A stretch of DNA of 32,000 bases, from positions 300,001 through 332,000 of the forward strand of contig CP013062.1 of NCBI GenBank assembly GCA_001430755.1, in the 5' to 3' direction. This DNA is from Candidatus Peribacter riflensis. Lineage in GTDB: Bacteria > Patescibacteriota > Gracilibacteria > Peribacterales > Peribacteraceae. The stretch's first letter is position 1, and the number at the start of each line of letters is the position of its first letter. Below, piece after piece: positions 29,864 to 32,000 of this stretch. The notes beneath the pieces are model-generated. The model had not been told where the DNA came from, did not search any database, and was given only the letters and a program-made list of their open reading frames with translations. Position numbers and translations under genes: made by a program.

Positions 29864-31213
29864 CTATTTCCGATTCCCCGATTTCATGATCCACTTGATC
29901 GGCGTGCCGGTGAAGTCGAACACTGAGCGCAAACGGTTTTCGAGGAACTTGAGTTCGCTCGGCCGCACGTCCCGGGGTCTTTTGGCGAAGAGCACAAAGG
30001 TCGGGGGCACTTCGTTTGCCTGCGTGAGGTGTTTGGTCTTGGAGAGCGCCTTCACGGGTTGGTCAACGACCGTATCCTGAAACCAGCGGTGGAGCTCCCG
30101 TGTGGGGATGCGCCGCAGACGGTTGCGCTGCACCTGCTCGATCAGGGGAAAAATCTTCAGGAGCCCCTCGCGGGTGACGGCGGAGCAGGGGAGGAGCGGT
30201 GCGAAACGGCAGAAGATCAAATCGCGCCAGAGATCGTCCACGGCCTTGGCGCGCGCTTCGGTTGTGAGCCGGTCCACCTTATTGAGCAGGATGATGAGCC
30301 CCTTGCCGGCCTCGGTGGCCAGAGTGGCGAGGCGCTGATCCTGGTGGCTGATGGGCTCGCACGCGTCGAGCACAAGGAGCGCCACGTCGCACTGCTCCAG
30401 TGCCTGGATGCTCCTGAGTACGGCGTACTGCTCGATGCCGCTCTCCACATTCGACTTCCGGCGGATGCCCGCCGTGTCGATGAAGAGGTACTCCTGCTCA
30501 TGAAAACGAATGACCGTATCCACGGCATCACGCGTGGTCCCGGGGATATCCGACACGAGCATGGGCGAGACCGAGCGCTGGGGATCAGACATGAACGCGT
30601 TGATGAGCGAGCTCTTGCCCACATTCGGCTTGCCGATGACGGCGATCTTCGGCAGGTCGGATTTTTGCGTCTTCGGCTGTTTCTTGAAGTGGAGCTTCTT
30701 CAGTTCCTTCGTGACCGCGGCGAGGAGCTCATCCGTGCCGATCGCATGCGGCGCGCTCACGGGGATGACGACGTCCGAGATGCCGAGCGAAAGGTATTCC
30801 ACCATCTGTCCTTCGATGGTCGCGGGGTTGTCGCACTTCGTCGGCACGAGAATCACCGGCACGTGGCGGCGGCGGTTTTTCCTCAGAAGGTCGATGATGG
30901 AGTGGTCGCTCTTCGTCAGCTCTTCGCGGCTGTTCAGCGTGAACAGGATGAGATCGGCATGTTCCAGTGCGAGCAGTGACTGCCGGTGCACGTCCTGTTC
31001 GAAGCCCTTGTCGGTCGTGCCGCCTCCCATGCCTCCGGTATCGAGCAGCAGAAAATCCATCGTCTTCGTCTCCATGCGGTGCGCCACGTGGTCGCGGGTG
31101 GTGCCTGCCACTTCGCTTTCAATCGCTTTGCGCTCGCCGACGAGCCGGTTGAACAGGGTGGATTTGCCCGTATTCGGTCTGCCGATAATGGCGACGGTGG
31201 GGAGGGAGGGCAT
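29864..31213 (-). CDS. der: Ribosome-biogenesis GTPase Der (EngA), with tandem GTPase domains and a KH-like C-terminus
   Basis: The start at cat 31211-31213 gives MPSLPTVAIIGRPNTGKSTLFN. Then DTGG and TKCD. Second domain: IAVIGKPNVGKSSLIN, DTAGIRR, NKVD. Confidence 0.9.
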   Translation of the reverse strand: MPSLPTVAIIGRPNTGKSTLFNRLVGERKAIESEVAGTTRDHVAHRMETKTMDFLLLDTGGMGGGTTDKGFEQDVHRQSLLALEHADLILFTLNSREELTKSDHSIIDLLRKNRRRHVPVILVPTKCDNPATIEGQMVEYLSLGISDVVIPVSAPHAIGTDELLAAVTKELKKLHFKKQPKTQKSDLPKIAVIGKPNVGKSSLINAFMSDPQRSVSPMLVSDIPGTTRDAVDTVIRFHEQEYLFIDTAGIRRKSNVESGIEQYAVLRSIQALEQCDVALLVLDACEPISHQDQRLATLATEAGKGLIILLNKVDRLTTEARAKAVDDLWRDLIFCRFAPLLPCSAVTREGLLKIFPLIEQVQRNRLRRIPTRELHRWFQDTVVDQPVKALSKTKHLTQANEVPPTFVLFAKRPRDVRPSELKFLENRLRSVFDFTGTPIKWIMKSGNRK

Positions 31214-31276
31214 GGGGAATACTCCCAGTGTAGCGTGTAACCGGGAGTATCCCATCGCGAAAAGCGCTTCAATTGC

Positions 31277-32000
31277 TCAGCATTTGACCTGTTGAGATCC
31301 GGTGAAGTTGATCGTAGTGGGCACCTGCAGACTGCGGATCTGGTACTGGACGCGCAGTGTCTGGTTGCAGGCAGTGGTGCTGAAGGTTCTGAACGCGATG
31401 ATTTTCGTCACTATTGCGCCCGGCTTCAGTGTGCCCAAGACGCATGAAGTGCTTCCGCAGTTCGCGGCAGACATGAACGCAGCGCCCGGAGGAGTGGTGT
31501 AGTACAGCGTCAGATACGCCGGCGCGTTGCCCGTATTGCGGATGGTAATTTTGTGCGAGAACGTATGTCCCGGGCGAATGTAACTCTGTGCGTTTCCGTA
31601 CGAGGTTGCGTAGGCATAAATTTTGGCGCCAGCGCTGCTGCTCGCTGCCATAGCGGAGGAAACGCTGGAGGAGGAAGAAGCGGCAGAGGCAGTGCTGGCG
31701 ATAGACGCGCTGCTCACGGCGGGGCTGACGCTGCTACTCGCTGCAACGTTGGGGCACTCCTTCCATCCTGCAATGGAGAGACTGTACAGAGAGCACACTG
31801 TTGATGTGCTGCCGATCTGCACGTAGCAGGCAGGCAGAGCACCCGCGCAGGAAATGCCTATGCAGTGCACACAGTCCCCTGGAATACCAGACGAAGAAGA
31901 CGAAGGCGCGCTGCTGACCGAGTGCGCCGTTTCCGCGCTGGAAGACATCGGACCGACACTGCTGCTGGCACTGCTCGAAACGATGATCGGTGGCGGGGGG
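31277..32000 (-). CDS. Ser-rich, Cys-containing surface protein with a C-terminal beta-sandwich-like (DUF11/CARDB-like) region; 5' end probably outside the window
   Basis: The frame stays open upstream of Met 31948 to the window edge (...PPPPIIVSSSASSSVGPMSSS...). The C-terminus reads HKITIRNTGNAPAYLTLYYTTPPGA. The family call is tentative. Confidence 0.5.
   Translation of the reverse strand, partial: PPPPIIVSSSASSSVGPMSSSAETAHSVSSAPSSSSSGIPGDCVHCIGISCAGALPACYVQIGSTSTVCSLYSLSIAGWKECPNVAASSSVSPAVSSASIASTASAASSSSSVSSAMAASSSAGAKIYAYATSYGNAQSYIRPGHTFSHKITIRNTGNAPAYLTLYYTTPPGAAFMSAANCGSTSCVLGTLKPGAIVTKIIAFRTFSTTACNQTLRVQYQIRSLQVPTTINFTGSQQVKC

Noticed and set aside
31214-31253. Hairpin GGGAATACTCCC-16 nt-GGGAGTATCCC between the Ser-rich protein gene and der.
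   Set aside because: The stem is real but has no U-tract on either strand, and it overlaps the likely der 5' region. I could not decide between a terminator and a UTR structure, so it is not listed as a feature.

Overview
GC-rich bacterial window. The gene content suggests a monoderm, small-genome organism, possibly Patescibacteria/CPR-like; this taxonomic guess rests on CPR-type T4SS pilin-like genes, SLH-anchored surface proteins and many secreted wall-remodelling enzymes. Order of content: C39-like peptidase 3' end; a soluble PAS histidine kinase with two single-domain response regulators; small conserved proteins; a block of secreted or SLH-anchored envelope proteins (SLH protein, SLH-Ig-CHRD protein, DUF3494 ice-binding-like protein, L,D-transpeptidase) with an IS1595-like ORF among them; a single-ORF Zwf-Gnd fusion; a CPBP-like membrane protein; tRNA-His; a small GIY-YIG ORF; a type IV secretion-like neighbourhood (two VirB2/TrbC-like pilins, a PKD/proline-rich membrane protein, an M24 peptidase, two DPBB-fold wall enzymes, a VirD4/TraD-like coupling ATPase); then a GNAT-like protein, DUF4349, YbaB, MltG, a TIGR00725/LOG-like protein, Der, and a Ser-rich surface protein. 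Five things stand out. (1) tRNA-His is preceded by a GIY-YIG ORF and by a second copy of tRNA-His positions -1 to 48 that is identical apart from three GC-rich palindromic insertions at positions 7/8, the D-loop and 37/38. (2) A bipartite non-coding module of about 320-375 nt occurs three times, each time directly upstream of a signal-peptide gene, and one copy contains the IS1595-like ORF. (3) Long segmented hairpins built from TAGG/TAAGG tandem units begin on the stop codons of three plus-strand genes. (4) Zwf and Gnd are fused. (5) Promoters look like extended -10 or leaderless types. All calls come from reading the sequence and the ORF track by hand; no database search was run.
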